Below are positions 37,903-47,590 of a stretch of 64,000 bases of DNA, one piece after another. A program made the position numbers and the translations under genes. Source of the DNA: Candidatus Cryptoclostridium obscurum. GTDB taxonomy: Bacteria > Bacillota > Dehalobacteriia > UBA7702. Every line of letters starts with the position of its first letter. The stretch's first letter is position 1. Location of the stretch: positions 33,537 to 97,536 of the forward strand of contig CAJFVQ010000083.1 in the NCBI GenBank assembly GCA_904420535.1, read 5' to 3'. The notes under the pieces were generated by a model, which saw nothing but the letters and a program-made list of their open reading frames with translations, did no database searches and was not told the origin of the DNA.

Positions 37903-40506
37903 ATGAATAAAATTTTGTTAATTGACGGTAGCAACATCCTCCATCGAGCTTATCACGCACTTCCATTGTTAAAAACTTCCGATGGGCGATATACCAATGC
38001 TGCCTATGGATTTATGGCAATGTTGAAACATATTTTGCAATTGGAATCCCCAACTCATATCGCAATTTGTTTTGATAAAGGGAAGAATACCTTTCGTCAC
38101 CGAAAATATCCTGAATACAAGGCCCAAAGAAAGCCGACGGATCCGGAATTGATTGAGCAGTTTCCCCTGATTCAAGAAATTCTTACTTTAAACGGCTATC
38201 TTTGTCTGGAAATGGAAGAATATGAAGCAGATGATATCATCGGTACTTTGGCAAGAAGAGGTCAGTCTCACGGCGATGATGTTATTATTTTTTCCGGGGA
38301 TAAAGATTTACTGCAGATGATAGGTGATCATATTACAGTATATAGCGGTAAGCGGAATCTTACGGATTTGGCAAAGATAGATACCGCCGCTTTTGAAGAA
38401 AAATATGGTCTGGAGCCCATAAAGTTGATTGATCTTAAAGCCTTGATGGGAGATGCCTCCGATAATATTCCCGGTGTTTCCGGCGTTGGTGAGAAAACAG
38501 CATTAAAACTCCTTCATCAGTTTGGTAGTTTAGAGGGGGTTTATAGTCATATCGACGAGCTGCCAAAGAATAAGATGAGGGAAAAATTGGAACGGGATAA
38601 GGAGAATGCGTTTTTATCCAAGGAACTGGCTACGATCATCGATGATATTCCTCTGTCTGTGGGTTTCGATGATCTGCAGCCAAAAGAGAAAAATTGGCAA
38701 GCGTTACAGGAACTATACCGGTCTTTGGAATTTCGCGGACTACTCAAGGAATTGGAGTCGGAAATGCCATCCTCGTCGGCATTAGTTCAAGATAGCCTTT
38801 TTGCTTCTGAAGAAGAAGTAGTGGAGGTGCATTATACTGTTGTCAAAGACAATGAGACTTTTTTGAGAAACCTCAAGGGGCCCATTGCGCTGTTGAAAGA
38901 AGGGAATCTTTGCTATCTTTCATCTCCAGAGAATGAAGTCGCAGTTTTGGATCTTTCCGTCGGCGATGATACGATGTTGCTTCTGGAATACCTAAAAGAA
39001 TATCAGGGAAAACTCGTGTCCCATGATTTAAAATCTTTCTATCATTTTAGTTATGAGCATGGTTTTTTCCCCGGTTATGATTGGGATGATCTCGAAATCA
39101 TGGCCTATTTGTTAGAAGCGAATGTTAGCAACTATGATATGAACTTCCTCATGGATCACTATTTAGAAATTGATATTTATTGTGTAGCAGAGAGAGAACG
39201 GCCCTTTGCCCGAGTTACTTCGATTTTAAGTTTACAGGAAAAACTTACAGAAATGCTGAATTCTATGGAACTGATTTCTCTTTACGAGGCGGTAGAGCGG
39301 CCGCTGATTGCCGTTTTGGCAGATATGGAATTTATTGGTATTCGTGTAGATCGTAACAATTTAAAAGAGATGTCAGCAGAATTAGATCAGCGCGTATCTG
39401 CCCTTGCAGAAAAAATTTATACTTTGGCGGGTTGTGAATTTAATCTTAACTCTCCTAAGCAAATGGGTGAGGTGCTTTTTGATCGGTTGGGGTTGCCCAA
39501 AACCAAAAAAACAAAGTCTGGGTACTCTACCAGCAATGAAGTGTTAGAACCCTTGCGGACAGCTCATCCCATTATTAACGAGATCCTTTCCTATCGACAG
39601 CTTTTTAAATTAAAATCTACTTACACCGATGCATTGGAAAAACTAATTGATTCTCGAACCGGCCATATTCATACGAGATTTCGACAGACTGTCACTACAA
39701 CAGGTCGGCTTTCTTCCACAGACCCTAATTTACAAAATATTCCCGTTCGTCTGGAAGAAGGTCGGCTCGTTCGTAAGGCCTTTACTGCTTCGTCTCCGGA
39801 TCATATCCTTTTGGCAGCAGACTATTCTCAAATTGAATTGCGACTTTTGGCTCATTATGCTGATGATTCTGTCTTTATTGATGCTTTTTGTCGGGGAGAG
39901 GATATTCATGCTCGTACAGCTTCGGAGATCTTTGGCGTCCCTCTCGCGGATGTTGACCGTGAAATGCGTAGAAAGGCCAAAGCCGTAAATTTTGGAATTA
40001 TTTACGGCATCAGTGAATATGGACTTGGCCGCGACCTTGGTATTACGCGTTATGAGGCAAAAGAGTATATGGAAAAGTATTTTCATCGTTATCCCAGTGT
40101 AGAACGATTTCAAAAAGAAATGGTGGCCCAAGCCCGACGTGATGGCTATATCACTACTCTTTATGGTCGCCGTCGATATGTACCGGAAATCAACAGTCGT
40201 AATTTCCGTCAACGGACTTTTGCAGAGCGGACAGCGATGAATACACCTCTTCAAGGGAGTGCTGCTGATATTATCAAAGACGTTATGGTGGCGCTTCATC
40301 AAAAATTACGAAATGACGGATTGCAAAGCCGCATTATCTTACAAGTCCATGATGAATTGATTTTAAACTGTCCCAAAGATGAGTTAGATTCTGTTATCCC
40401 CATTGTAAAACAAACTATGGAACACACAAAAGAACTAAAAGTTCCATTGACTGTTGACATGAAATGCGGATATAATTGGTACAATATGGAATCGATCCAT
40501 CTGTGA
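37903..40506 (+). CDS. polA: DNA polymerase I
   Basis: 5'-3' exonuclease N-terminus. Polymerase motifs A and B (DYSQIELR, RRKAKAVNFGIIYG) and motif C (QVHDE). 867 aa. Confidence 0.95.
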   Translation: MNKILLIDGSNILHRAYHALPLLKTSDGRYTNAAYGFMAMLKHILQLESPTHIAICFDKGKNTFRHRKYPEYKAQRKPTDPELIEQFPLIQEILTLNGYLCLEMEEYEADDIIGTLARRGQSHGDDVIIFSGDKDLLQMIGDHITVYSGKRNLTDLAKIDTAAFEEKYGLEPIKLIDLKALMGDASDNIPGVSGVGEKTALKLLHQFGSLEGVYSHIDELPKNKMREKLERDKENAFLSKELATIIDDIPLSVGFDDLQPKEKNWQALQELYRSLEFRGLLKELESEMPSSSALVQDSLFASEEEVVEVHYTVVKDNETFLRNLKGPIALLKEGNLCYLSSPENEVAVLDLSVGDDTMLLLEYLKEYQGKLVSHDLKSFYHFSYEHGFFPGYDWDDLEIMAYLLEANVSNYDMNFLMDHYLEIDIYCVAERERPFARVTSILSLQEKLTEMLNSMELISLYEAVERPLIAVLADMEFIGIRVDRNNLKEMSAELDQRVSALAEKIYTLAGCEFNLNSPKQMGEVLFDRLGLPKTKKTKSGYSTSNEVLEPLRTAHPIINEILSYRQLFKLKSTYTDALEKLIDSRTGHIHTRFRQTVTTTGRLSSTDPNLQNIPVRLEEGRLVRKAFTASSPDHILLAADYSQIELRLLAHYADDSVFIDAFCRGEDIHARTASEIFGVPLADVDREMRRKAKAVNFGIIYGISEYGLGRDLGITRYEAKEYMEKYFHRYPSVERFQKEMVAQARRDGYITTLYGRRRYVPEINSRNFRQRTFAERTAMNTPLQGSAADIIKDVMVALHQKLRNDGLQSRIILQVHDELILNCPKDELDSVIPIVKQTMEHTKELKVPLTVDMKCGYNWYNMESIHL

Positions 40507-40515
40507 GGTGTCGTG

Positions 40516-41940
40516 ATGCCTGAATTGCCTGAAGTGGAAACAGTGAAACGAACTGTTGAACCGAAAATTACGGGACAGATTATCACTGATATTGACGTGC
40601 GAAATGATGCAGTTTTAGAAAATGTTTCTTCCGACTTTTTTATACAATTTATACAAGGAAATTATGTGGTTTCCATGTCACGTCGAGGGAAGTACCTGAT
40701 TTTCCATATGAATCAAGGCGGTGACATAGTACTGCATCTCCGCATGACAGGACAATTAATTACGTTTGAGAATGAGCCTGCTTTGGATAAACATTGTCAC
40801 TTGGTCATATATTTTGAACAAGGCGGTTTCTATTACCGTGATGTTCGACGTTTTGGCCGCTTTTGGATTGTAAAAGACGGAAAATATTCCGGAACGGGGA
40901 TGGAACGTTTAGGGCCGGAGCCCTTTGATAAAGCTTTTTGCGGGAGTTATCTTTTGGAAGCGTTTTCTCGTCATCATTGTCCTGTAAAATCCGAATTGTT
41001 AGATCAACATATTGTGGCGGGCATCGGTAATATCTATGCTGATGAAATCTTATTTGATGCGGGAATCAATCCTTTTCGCTCTTGCCATACATTGACTTTG
41101 AAAGAATGTGAATCCATATGTTCTTCCGCAAGTGCAGTCTTAAAGCGAGCGATTGAAAAACGTGGGACTACTTTCCGTGATTACCGTGATGGTGATGGAG
41201 AAAAAGGGACATTTCAAGAACTATTGAAGATTTTTCATAAACAAGGAGAACCGTGCCCACGTTGCGGAACTCTGATAAAAAAGTCAGTTTGTAATGGCAG
41301 AGGAACTTTTTATTGTCCCAAATGTCAGCCTAAAGATTCGTCAAAAAGAGTTATTGGCCTTACCGGAGGAATCGCCAGTGGTAAAAGTTTTATTTCCGGA
41401 TATTTGCAGTCTTTGGGAGCAGAAATAATTGATGCAGACGAGATTGCGCGAGAAATCATGGTCCCCCATGGGAAAGTATTGGAGAAACTCAACAAAACAT
41501 TCGGCGGCGGCTTCCTCAATGATGACGGGTCTTTAAATCGTAAAAAGTTGCGAGATTATGTTTTTGCCGACAAAGATCGTGTAAAAACAATGAATCAAAT
41601 TACTCATCCTGTTATTCGCAGGATTGCCTTGTCTAGAATTCAAAAATCAACCAAAGACTTGGTAGTTCTTGATGCTCCTTTATTGATTGAGGCCAAATTC
41701 CACTTCTTTTGCGATGAAATTTGGGTGGTTTATGTTGATGAGAAAAAGCAGAGAAGCCGACTGAAAAAACGTGATAATATTAACGAGAAATTGGCTGATG
41801 AGATTATCGCATCCCAGTGTTCTTTTGAATATAAAAAAAAATATGCCGATATTATTATTGATAATAGTGGAACTAGGGCGAATACAAAAAAACAGATACG
41901 TTTAGCCCTTGCGCAAGTGAAAATAAAAAACGATAATTGA
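40516..41940 (+). CDS. mutM/coaE: Fused formamidopyrimidine-DNA glycosylase (Fpg/MutM) and dephospho-CoA kinase (CoaE) in one continuous frame
   Basis: N-terminus MPELPEVETV. Fpg zinc finger CPRCG...CPKCQ at about aa 255-275. The frame then continues without a stop into KRVIGLTGGIASGKS (CoaE P-loop) and a full CoaE-like domain. Confidence 0.8.
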   Translation: MPELPEVETVKRTVEPKITGQIITDIDVRNDAVLENVSSDFFIQFIQGNYVVSMSRRGKYLIFHMNQGGDIVLHLRMTGQLITFENEPALDKHCHLVIYFEQGGFYYRDVRRFGRFWIVKDGKYSGTGMERLGPEPFDKAFCGSYLLEAFSRHHCPVKSELLDQHIVAGIGNIYADEILFDAGINPFRSCHTLTLKECESICSSASAVLKRAIEKRGTTFRDYRDGDGEKGTFQELLKIFHKQGEPCPRCGTLIKKSVCNGRGTFYCPKCQPKDSSKRVIGLTGGIASGKSFISGYLQSLGAEIIDADEIAREIMVPHGKVLEKLNKTFGGGFLNDDGSLNRKKLRDYVFADKDRVKTMNQITHPVIRRIALSRIQKSTKDLVVLDAPLLIEAKFHFFCDEIWVVYVDEKKQRSRLKKRDNINEKLADEIIASQCSFEYKKKYADIIIDNSGTRANTKKQIRLALAQVKIKNDN

Positions 41941-41950
41941 TGGGAGTATT

Positions 41951-42538
41951 ATGCCTTATACATACAAAAAGAAAAAGAGTCGCGGCGGGTTCCGACAATT
42001 CCTCATATTGTTCTGTGTCCTGCTGGCTTTTGTGTTTGTCGTTGTTCATCTTTTCGGAGATTCGGAAAATTCATATCCACGTCCTCACTCTTATTTGGTG
42101 GAATACTATTGCGATGATTATCAGGTCGACAGCAACTTAGTTTATAGCATTATGAAGCAGGAAAGCAACTTTAATCCCGACGCTATTTCTCATAAAGGAG
42201 CCACAGGTCTCATGCAACTCATGCCGGAAACCGCCCAATGGTGCTCTGGAAAAATGGGCATTGATTATAATCAGGATGATTTGACAGACCCTTCCTATAA
42301 TTTAAATCTTGCGATCTGGTATCTCTCGTATTTAAATGGTGTGTTCCAAGATGACACCACAAAAGTGATTGCTGCTTATAACGGTGGAGAAGGGAACGTA
42401 GAAACCTGGATTTCCGAAGGAATTTGGGATGGAACATTGGAAAATGCTTCTGATATTCCTTTTGGTGAGACCTCTCATTATGTGAAAAATGTTTCCACAA
42501 ATCTGGAAAAATATCGTGAGATTTATGGAGAAAATTAA
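41951..42538 (+). CDS. Lytic transglycosylase (SLT domain), membrane anchored
   Basis: N-terminal TM helix. SLT catalytic motif ESNFNPDAIS..GATGLMQLMP. Confidence 0.8.
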   Translation: MPYTYKKKKSRGGFRQFLILFCVLLAFVFVVVHLFGDSENSYPRPHSYLVEYYCDDYQVDSNLVYSIMKQESNFNPDAISHKGATGLMQLMPETAQWCSGKMGIDYNQDDLTDPSYNLNLAIWYLSYLNGVFQDDTTKVIAAYNGGEGNVETWISEGIWDGTLENASDIPFGETSHYVKNVSTNLEKYREIYGEN

Positions 42539-42547
42539 AATTTCCTA

Positions 42548-42576
42548 TTGATTTTTACTATAATGTCTGCTATAAT
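42548..42576 (+). promoter_or_regulatory. Predicted promoter for tRNA-Leu
   Basis: TTGATT, 17 nt spacer, then TATAAT. Confidence 0.4.
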
Positions 42577-42592
42577 AATTTTTGTTGACTGA

Positions 42593-42675
42593 GCGGTAGT
42601 GCTGGAATAGGCAGACAGGCACGTTTGAGGGGCGTGTGGGCGACCGTGTGGGTTCAAGTCCCACCTACCGCACCA
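42593..42675 (+). tRNA. tRNA-Leu (anticodon GAG), type II with variable arm, 3' CCA encoded
   Basis: Acceptor stem gcggtag / ctaccgc. D-arm ctg-gaataggcaga-cag carrying GG. Anticodon stem cacgt / gcgtg around loop ttGAGgg. T-arm gtggg-ttcaagt-cccac. Discriminator A then CCA. Confidence 0.8.
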
Positions 42676-42718
42676 AAGACATACTTTCCATGCAGAGTGG
42701 CAAGTATGTCTTTTTCTA
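42676..42718 (+). terminator. Terminator after the tRNA
   Basis: aagacatactt / 15-nt loop / aagtatgtctt followed by tttc. Confidence 0.6.
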
Positions 42719-42741
42719 TATCATGTTATGTGAGGTTGTTT

Positions 42742-43032
42742 ATGAATTATTATGGAATCTTCATTGCTGTAGTTAGTTTTCTTGCAATCGGACTTTTTCA
42801 TCCTATTGTAATTAAAGCGGAGTATTATTTCTCATCGAAATGTTGGCCGGTATTTCTTATTGCAGGACTCATCTTTTTAGGAATTTCCCTTGGGACTAAT
42901 CATATGATAATTTCCACTATTCTTGGAATCTTAGGTTGCAGTTGTTTATGGAGTATCTTGGAACTCAAAGAGCAAGAAAAACGTGTCGCTCGAGGGTGGT
43001 TTCCAGAAAATCCCAAACGAAAAGAATATTGA
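42742..43032 (+). CDS. Small hypothetical membrane protein, about 96 aa. The ORF-track start at 42625 lies inside the tRNA.
   Basis: Three hydrophobic helices. An ATG start downstream of the tRNA terminator. Confidence 0.4.
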   Translation: MNYYGIFIAVVSFLAIGLFHPIVIKAEYYFSSKCWPVFLIAGLIFLGISLGTNHMIISTILGILGCSCLWSILELKEQEKRVARGWFPENPKRKEY

Positions 43033-43095
43033 TACTTTGAAAATTATCAAAATATTAAAAGTGTGAAAGTTATAAACTTCACGCTTTTAAAAAAT

Positions 43096-43122
43096 AAAGC
43101 CCACAAAATGGGCTTTAAAAGA
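43096..43122. terminator. Hairpin flanked by A and T runs (a possible terminator)
   Basis: aaagccca / caaaa / tgggcttt. Confidence 0.35.
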
Positions 43123-43547
43123 AAATAAAAAGTATGAAAGAAATACACATAAAAACTGTAGTAGCATTGTACCATTTTTTTCACTATTCTGTCAATCCTT
43201 TTTGAAGTAAATTATAGTAGTCATGACATCGGACAATCGTTAATCTATTTCTCACGAATGAAGATGTGTCACTTTTATCTTTAATTTACCGAATTTTCAT
43301 TTTATTTTGTACTGATTTTAACAGGATAGTGCTATAAGGTATTCCAATTTGTTATAGCAGTAAGAAAAAATATTTAGTAGTTATTAAAATAAATACGATA
43401 TTTTTATAAAATTTGTATAAAAATGCATATAATATGTTGATTCCTAACTGTTATAATAATAACAAATTGGAATCAATAAAAATAGTGAAACATGTTTTTT
43501 TCTCAAAAAATATGTTATAATATTGAAAACTATAAAAGTTCCTTAAT

Positions 43548-43680
43548 GGATGAAAAGGGAAATTGGTGAAAATCCAATGCGATCCCGTCACTGTGAAAAA
43601 GGGATGATTTTTATAACCACTGAACTTGAGTTTGGGAAGGAAAAATCATCAATGCTTTTAAGCCAGGAGACCTGCTTTTA
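43548..43680 (+). promoter_or_regulatory. Cobalamin (AdoCbl) riboswitch
   Basis: AAGGGAAattGGTGAAAATCC...CCCGtCACTGTGAaaaaGGG...GGGAAGG... and B12 box AGCCAGGAGACCTGC at 43661-43675. An extended -10 TGTTATAAT lies upstream at 43513-43521. Confidence 0.8.
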
Positions 43681-43737
43681 TAAATAGAAACAAGACCTAC
43701 GGAGGATAGGTGTGTTCTATCAGATCTTTTGGTATTT

Positions 43738-43766
43738 GCGCGCACACCTTTGGTGTGCGTTTTTAT
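43738..43766 (+). terminator. Intrinsic terminator downstream of the B12 riboswitch (the likely expression platform)
   Basis: gcgcgcacacc / ttt / ggtgtgcg followed by tttttat. Confidence 0.6.
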
Positions 43767-43811
43767 ATGCTAATTGTTAGGGTGCTGAAGTAACGAGAAG
43801 GTGGGTTAATT

Positions 43812-44750
43812 TTGGAGCTAAAACAGCTACAATATTTTGTGGTAAGTGTTGACATGGGTAGTTTTCACGCTGCAGCGAAGGCATTGTTGACAACACAGCC
43901 AAATGTGAGTAAAACCGTCAAATCATTGGAAGACGAATTAGGGATGACTTTATTGAAACGACATCGACATGGCGTTAGTATTACTCCGGAAGGCGAACCA
44001 ATTTATCGTCATGCCATTAGTGTCTTAAAGAATATGCAAGTGATTCGGGATATCAAAGAAGATCAAAACACAGAGAAATTATATATCTGTAGCACGCCCA
44101 ATCACTGTTTATCCTCTTCTTTAGCATCTTTTCATCGTGATTTTTCCGATCAGCCGATAAGAATGGATTTTTGGGAAGGAAGCGTTGAAGACGTAATCGT
44201 ACGCATTCATCGCAGAGAATCGGAAGTAGGATTCGTTTATATTTCCAATCGAAATATTTCGGCTTTCCGCAGCCACGTTAAAATCAAAGGCCTAGAATTC
44301 CATGAAATAACCAAAGCACCTCTTTATCTTTTTGTAGGAAAGAAAAATTCTTATTATTCTCGAGAATCCATTGATGAAAAAGCCATTTGCAAAATGCATT
44401 TTATTCAGCACTACGAAGAGCAGTATTCTTTATATAATCATTTGGGACATTTGCGTGAAGACGGCTTTTATAATGGAGAGAATACAAAAATGGCATCCAC
44501 CAACAGCGGTTATTTTTTAATGCAGCTTTTGAGTAATACAGAATATTGTACCATTGACAGCAGTTATTTGCGAAACGAATTACACTATGATGGAATTCGC
44601 GCCATTCCCATTTCATCTTGTGAGAACAGTATCATTTTTGGATATCTAAAACGATTAAAAAATCCGTTGTCTCCCATTGCACAGCGTTTTATTGATTATC
44701 TAAAAGCAGAATGTAAAAAACAAAAAGAAGAAGAGGAATTTGAATCATGA
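43812..44750 (+). CDS. LysR-family transcriptional regulator. The start codon is TTG.
   Basis: N-terminal HTH (MELKQLQYFVVSVDMGSFHAAAKAL). LysR substrate-binding fold. RBS AAGGTGG. Confidence 0.85.
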   Translation: MELKQLQYFVVSVDMGSFHAAAKALLTTQPNVSKTVKSLEDELGMTLLKRHRHGVSITPEGEPIYRHAISVLKNMQVIRDIKEDQNTEKLYICSTPNHCLSSSLASFHRDFSDQPIRMDFWEGSVEDVIVRIHRRESEVGFVYISNRNISAFRSHVKIKGLEFHEITKAPLYLFVGKKNSYYSRESIDEKAICKMHFIQHYEEQYSLYNHLGHLREDGFYNGENTKMASTNSGYFLMQLLSNTEYCTIDSSYLRNELHYDGIRAIPISSCENSIIFGYLKRLKNPLSPIAQRFIDYLKAECKKQKEEEEFES

Positions 44751-45718
44751 AATTGCAAAATATTATTGCTGAACAAGGGGAAAAATCAATAGGATATTTA
44801 GAGGTTCCCGGTACAGAGTTAAAGCTTCCCGCAACTCTGATATGTGGGGTACACGACGGAAAAACTGTATTGATCACCGGAGGAGTTCATAACGTAGAAT
44901 ATGTCGGTATTCAAGCCGCTATAGAACTGGCGGGATCCATTGACCCCAAAGAGGTCACCGGTAATCTTATCATTATTCCGCTAATCAACCGTTCCGGATT
45001 TGAGCACCGCACCATGAGCCTTGTTTATGAAGACGGTAAAAATTTAAACCGACAATTTCCCGGGGATGCTTCCGGTACAACGGCGCAAAAACTTGCTTAT
45101 TTTATGGAAAAGGAATTGTTTTCACAGGCTGACTTTTACATTGACCTTCACTGCGGCGACGGCTTTGAAGAATTGACCCCTTTTGTTTTCGCCCAGGGGA
45201 ACGCAGAAGAATATATAAATGAACAGTCCTTGAGAATGGCTAAAGCTGTGGACGTACCGTATATTATTCGCTCCCAGGCTCGTACCGGAGCTTATAACTA
45301 TGCGGGTCTATGTGGAATTCCCGGAATCCTGGTGGAACGCGGCTGTTCCGGACTTTGGTCCAAAAATGAAGTTGAGCTTTATAAAAAAGACATTAAAAAT
45401 GTATTACGTGTTTTAAAAGTTCTTTCTGGGGAAGATGAGACAACGCAAGACAAGACCATTTTTGACCGTGTAATTTATGAAAACTCCTCCCATGTCGGAT
45501 GCTGGTATCCGCAATTCTCTTCCGGAGATCGTATTCGTGCCGGTGATATTCTGGGCGTTACGAAAGACTATTTCGGACAGGAGTTGTTTTCTTGTGTAGC
45601 GAAAGCTGACGGTGTTATATTCCATCAAATCATTGGCCTCAACATTTTACAAAACAATCCGATGATTGCCTACGGCGTTTTAGAATCCGGCGATGTTAAT
45701 TATGGGGAGAACAAGTAA
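44747..45718 (+). CDS. Succinylglutamate desuccinylase / aspartoacylase (AstE/AspA, M14-like) family zinc hydrolase
   Basis: ITGGVHNVE (a variant of the HGNE motif). DLH zinc ligand. About 323 aa. Overlaps the lysR stop. Confidence 0.7.
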   Translation: MKLQNIIAEQGEKSIGYLEVPGTELKLPATLICGVHDGKTVLITGGVHNVEYVGIQAAIELAGSIDPKEVTGNLIIIPLINRSGFEHRTMSLVYEDGKNLNRQFPGDASGTTAQKLAYFMEKELFSQADFYIDLHCGDGFEELTPFVFAQGNAEEYINEQSLRMAKAVDVPYIIRSQARTGAYNYAGLCGIPGILVERGCSGLWSKNEVELYKKDIKNVLRVLKVLSGEDETTQDKTIFDRVIYENSSHVGCWYPQFSSGDRIRAGDILGVTKDYFGQELFSCVAKADGVIFHQIIGLNILQNNPMIAYGVLESGDVNYGENK

Positions 45719-45720
45719 AA

Positions 45721-46656
45721 ATGAAAAGAACACTGGCAAAAAGATTGCTACAAATGATCATTGTACTGTTTGGCATCAGCTTCTTTACATTTTGCCTTAC
45801 TTATCTCGCTCCCGGTGATCCAGTTCTTACCATGTATGCCGCTTCTGGAACCATGCCGTCAGAGGAAATAATAGAAGCAACTAGAGACGAGATGGGACTG
45901 AACGATCCATTTCTCATGCAGTATGCCCGTTGGCTTGGTAATTGTCTAAAGGGAGATTTTGGAACTTCATACTCCATGAATCAGCCGGTTTTATCAATCA
46001 TTGGAGAAAAAATTGTACCGACGTTGAAGTTAGCTTTTCTTTCCCTTCTAATTATGCTGGCAGTTGCAGTCCCTTTTGGGGTGATTGCTGCTGTGAAACA
46101 AAATAGGCCCATTGACTATCTGATTCGTGGTTGTACATTTCTGGGAGTCTCAATTCCTAATTTTTGGGTTGGTTTGCTTTTACTATATTTGTTTGCTCTG
46201 AAGTTGGGATTACTGCCAGTCGTTTCCACGGGAAACGGTATTTCTAAAATAATTCTACCTGCCATCACTTTAGCATTTGCGATGTCAGCAAAGTATACTC
46301 GACAGGTCCGCACTGCAGTTTTAGAAGAATTAAACCAAGATTATGTAGTGGGTGCCAGGGCACGTGGAATCGACGAAAGGACAATTCTTTGGCGGCACGT
46401 TTTTCCCAATGCATTGCTACCTCTTGTGACTCTTTTAGGATTGTCCCTAGGGAGTTTATTGGGAGGAACTGCTGTTGTTGAGGTCATCTTTTCGTATCCC
46501 GGTTTGGGCAATCTTGCGGTATCTGCCATTACTGCCTATGATTATCCGTTAATCCAAGCATATGTTTTATGGATTGCTCTGATTTATATGGTAATTAACT
46601 TGATTGTTGATCTATCCTATGATTTACTTGATCCTCGGATCAGAGAAAGCAGGTAA
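45721..46656 (+). CDS. ABC transporter permease (DppB/OppB/NikB family)
   Basis: Six TM segments. EAA-like loop. Confidence 0.85.
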   Translation: MKRTLAKRLLQMIIVLFGISFFTFCLTYLAPGDPVLTMYAASGTMPSEEIIEATRDEMGLNDPFLMQYARWLGNCLKGDFGTSYSMNQPVLSIIGEKIVPTLKLAFLSLLIMLAVAVPFGVIAAVKQNRPIDYLIRGCTFLGVSIPNFWVGLLLLYLFALKLGLLPVVSTGNGISKIILPAITLAFAMSAKYTRQVRTAVLEELNQDYVVGARARGIDERTILWRHVFPNALLPLVTLLGLSLGSLLGGTAVVEVIFSYPGLGNLAVSAITAYDYPLIQAYVLWIALIYMVINLIVDLSYDLLDPRIRESR

Positions 46657-46659
46657 CCA

Positions 46660-47544
46660 ATGAAAAAACTCAGAGTATTTATCAAAGAAAATAAATTGTT
46701 TGCGATCCTTAGTATTGCTTTGGTTTTTATTATTTTATCCGCGGTTTTTGCCCCGCTTTTGGCTCCCTATGATCCGGATACTGCCGATATGGGGAACGCT
46801 TTTCAATCGCCTGATGAGGATCACTGGTTTGGCACCGACAAATTGGGTCGGGATGTTTTTTCACGAGTATTGTTTGGTACCAGGGTTTCTTTGGCTGCAT
46901 CATTGGTACTTGTCTCGTCAATTTTCGTTATCGGAACAACCCTTGGTGTTATTGCTGGTTATTTTGGCGGAAAAATTGACACTGTTATTATGCGTTTGTC
47001 AGATATGATGATTTCTTTTCCCGGCATGGTACTTGCTATTGCGGTCGCAGGAATTCTCGGTGCCAGTGTGATCAATGCCATCATCGCTATTATGATTGTC
47101 AGTTGGACAAAATATGCCAGATTGGCCCGAAGTCTTGTGCTCAAGATTCGTCACAAAGATTTTGTTTATGCCGCAGAAGTAACAGGAACCAAAACTTCCC
47201 GTATTTTATTGCGGCATATGATTCCTAACGTGATCCCCACATTGGTGATTACAGCAACCACTGACATCGGCACCATGATTTTGGAATTGGCTGGGCTTTC
47301 CTTCCTTGGGTTTGGCGCACAGCCGCCAACACCAGAATGGGGGCTTATGTTGAATGAGGGAAGAGCATATATGTTATCCTGTCCATGGCTGATGATTTTC
47401 CCCGGTTTGGCTATTTGCCTTGTTGTTATCGTCTTTAATTTATTGGGTGATAGTCTCAGAGATATTCTTGACCCCAAGTTTGAAAATCAACGTCGGCGTG
47501 CGTTAAGTATGCAAAAAACGAAAAAAGTAAATGTGGGTAGTTGA
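46660..47544 (+). CDS. ABC transporter permease (DppC/OppC/NikC family)
   Basis: TM topology and EAA-like motif. Confidence 0.85.
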   Translation: MKKLRVFIKENKLFAILSIALVFIILSAVFAPLLAPYDPDTADMGNAFQSPDEDHWFGTDKLGRDVFSRVLFGTRVSLAASLVLVSSIFVIGTTLGVIAGYFGGKIDTVIMRLSDMMISFPGMVLAIAVAGILGASVINAIIAIMIVSWTKYARLARSLVLKIRHKDFVYAAEVTGTKTSRILLRHMIPNVIPTLVITATTDIGTMILELAGLSFLGFGAQPPTPEWGLMLNEGRAYMLSCPWLMIFPGLAICLVVIVFNLLGDSLRDILDPKFENQRRRALSMQKTKKVNVGS

Positions 47545-47590
47545 AGTGCCCAAATTTGAAAGTGCAAAAGCACAAATAAAGGAGGAAAAC

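Noticed and set aside
39730-40302. 190-aa minus-strand ORF inside polA
   Set aside because: It is antisense to a highly conserved polymerase domain and has no independent signals.
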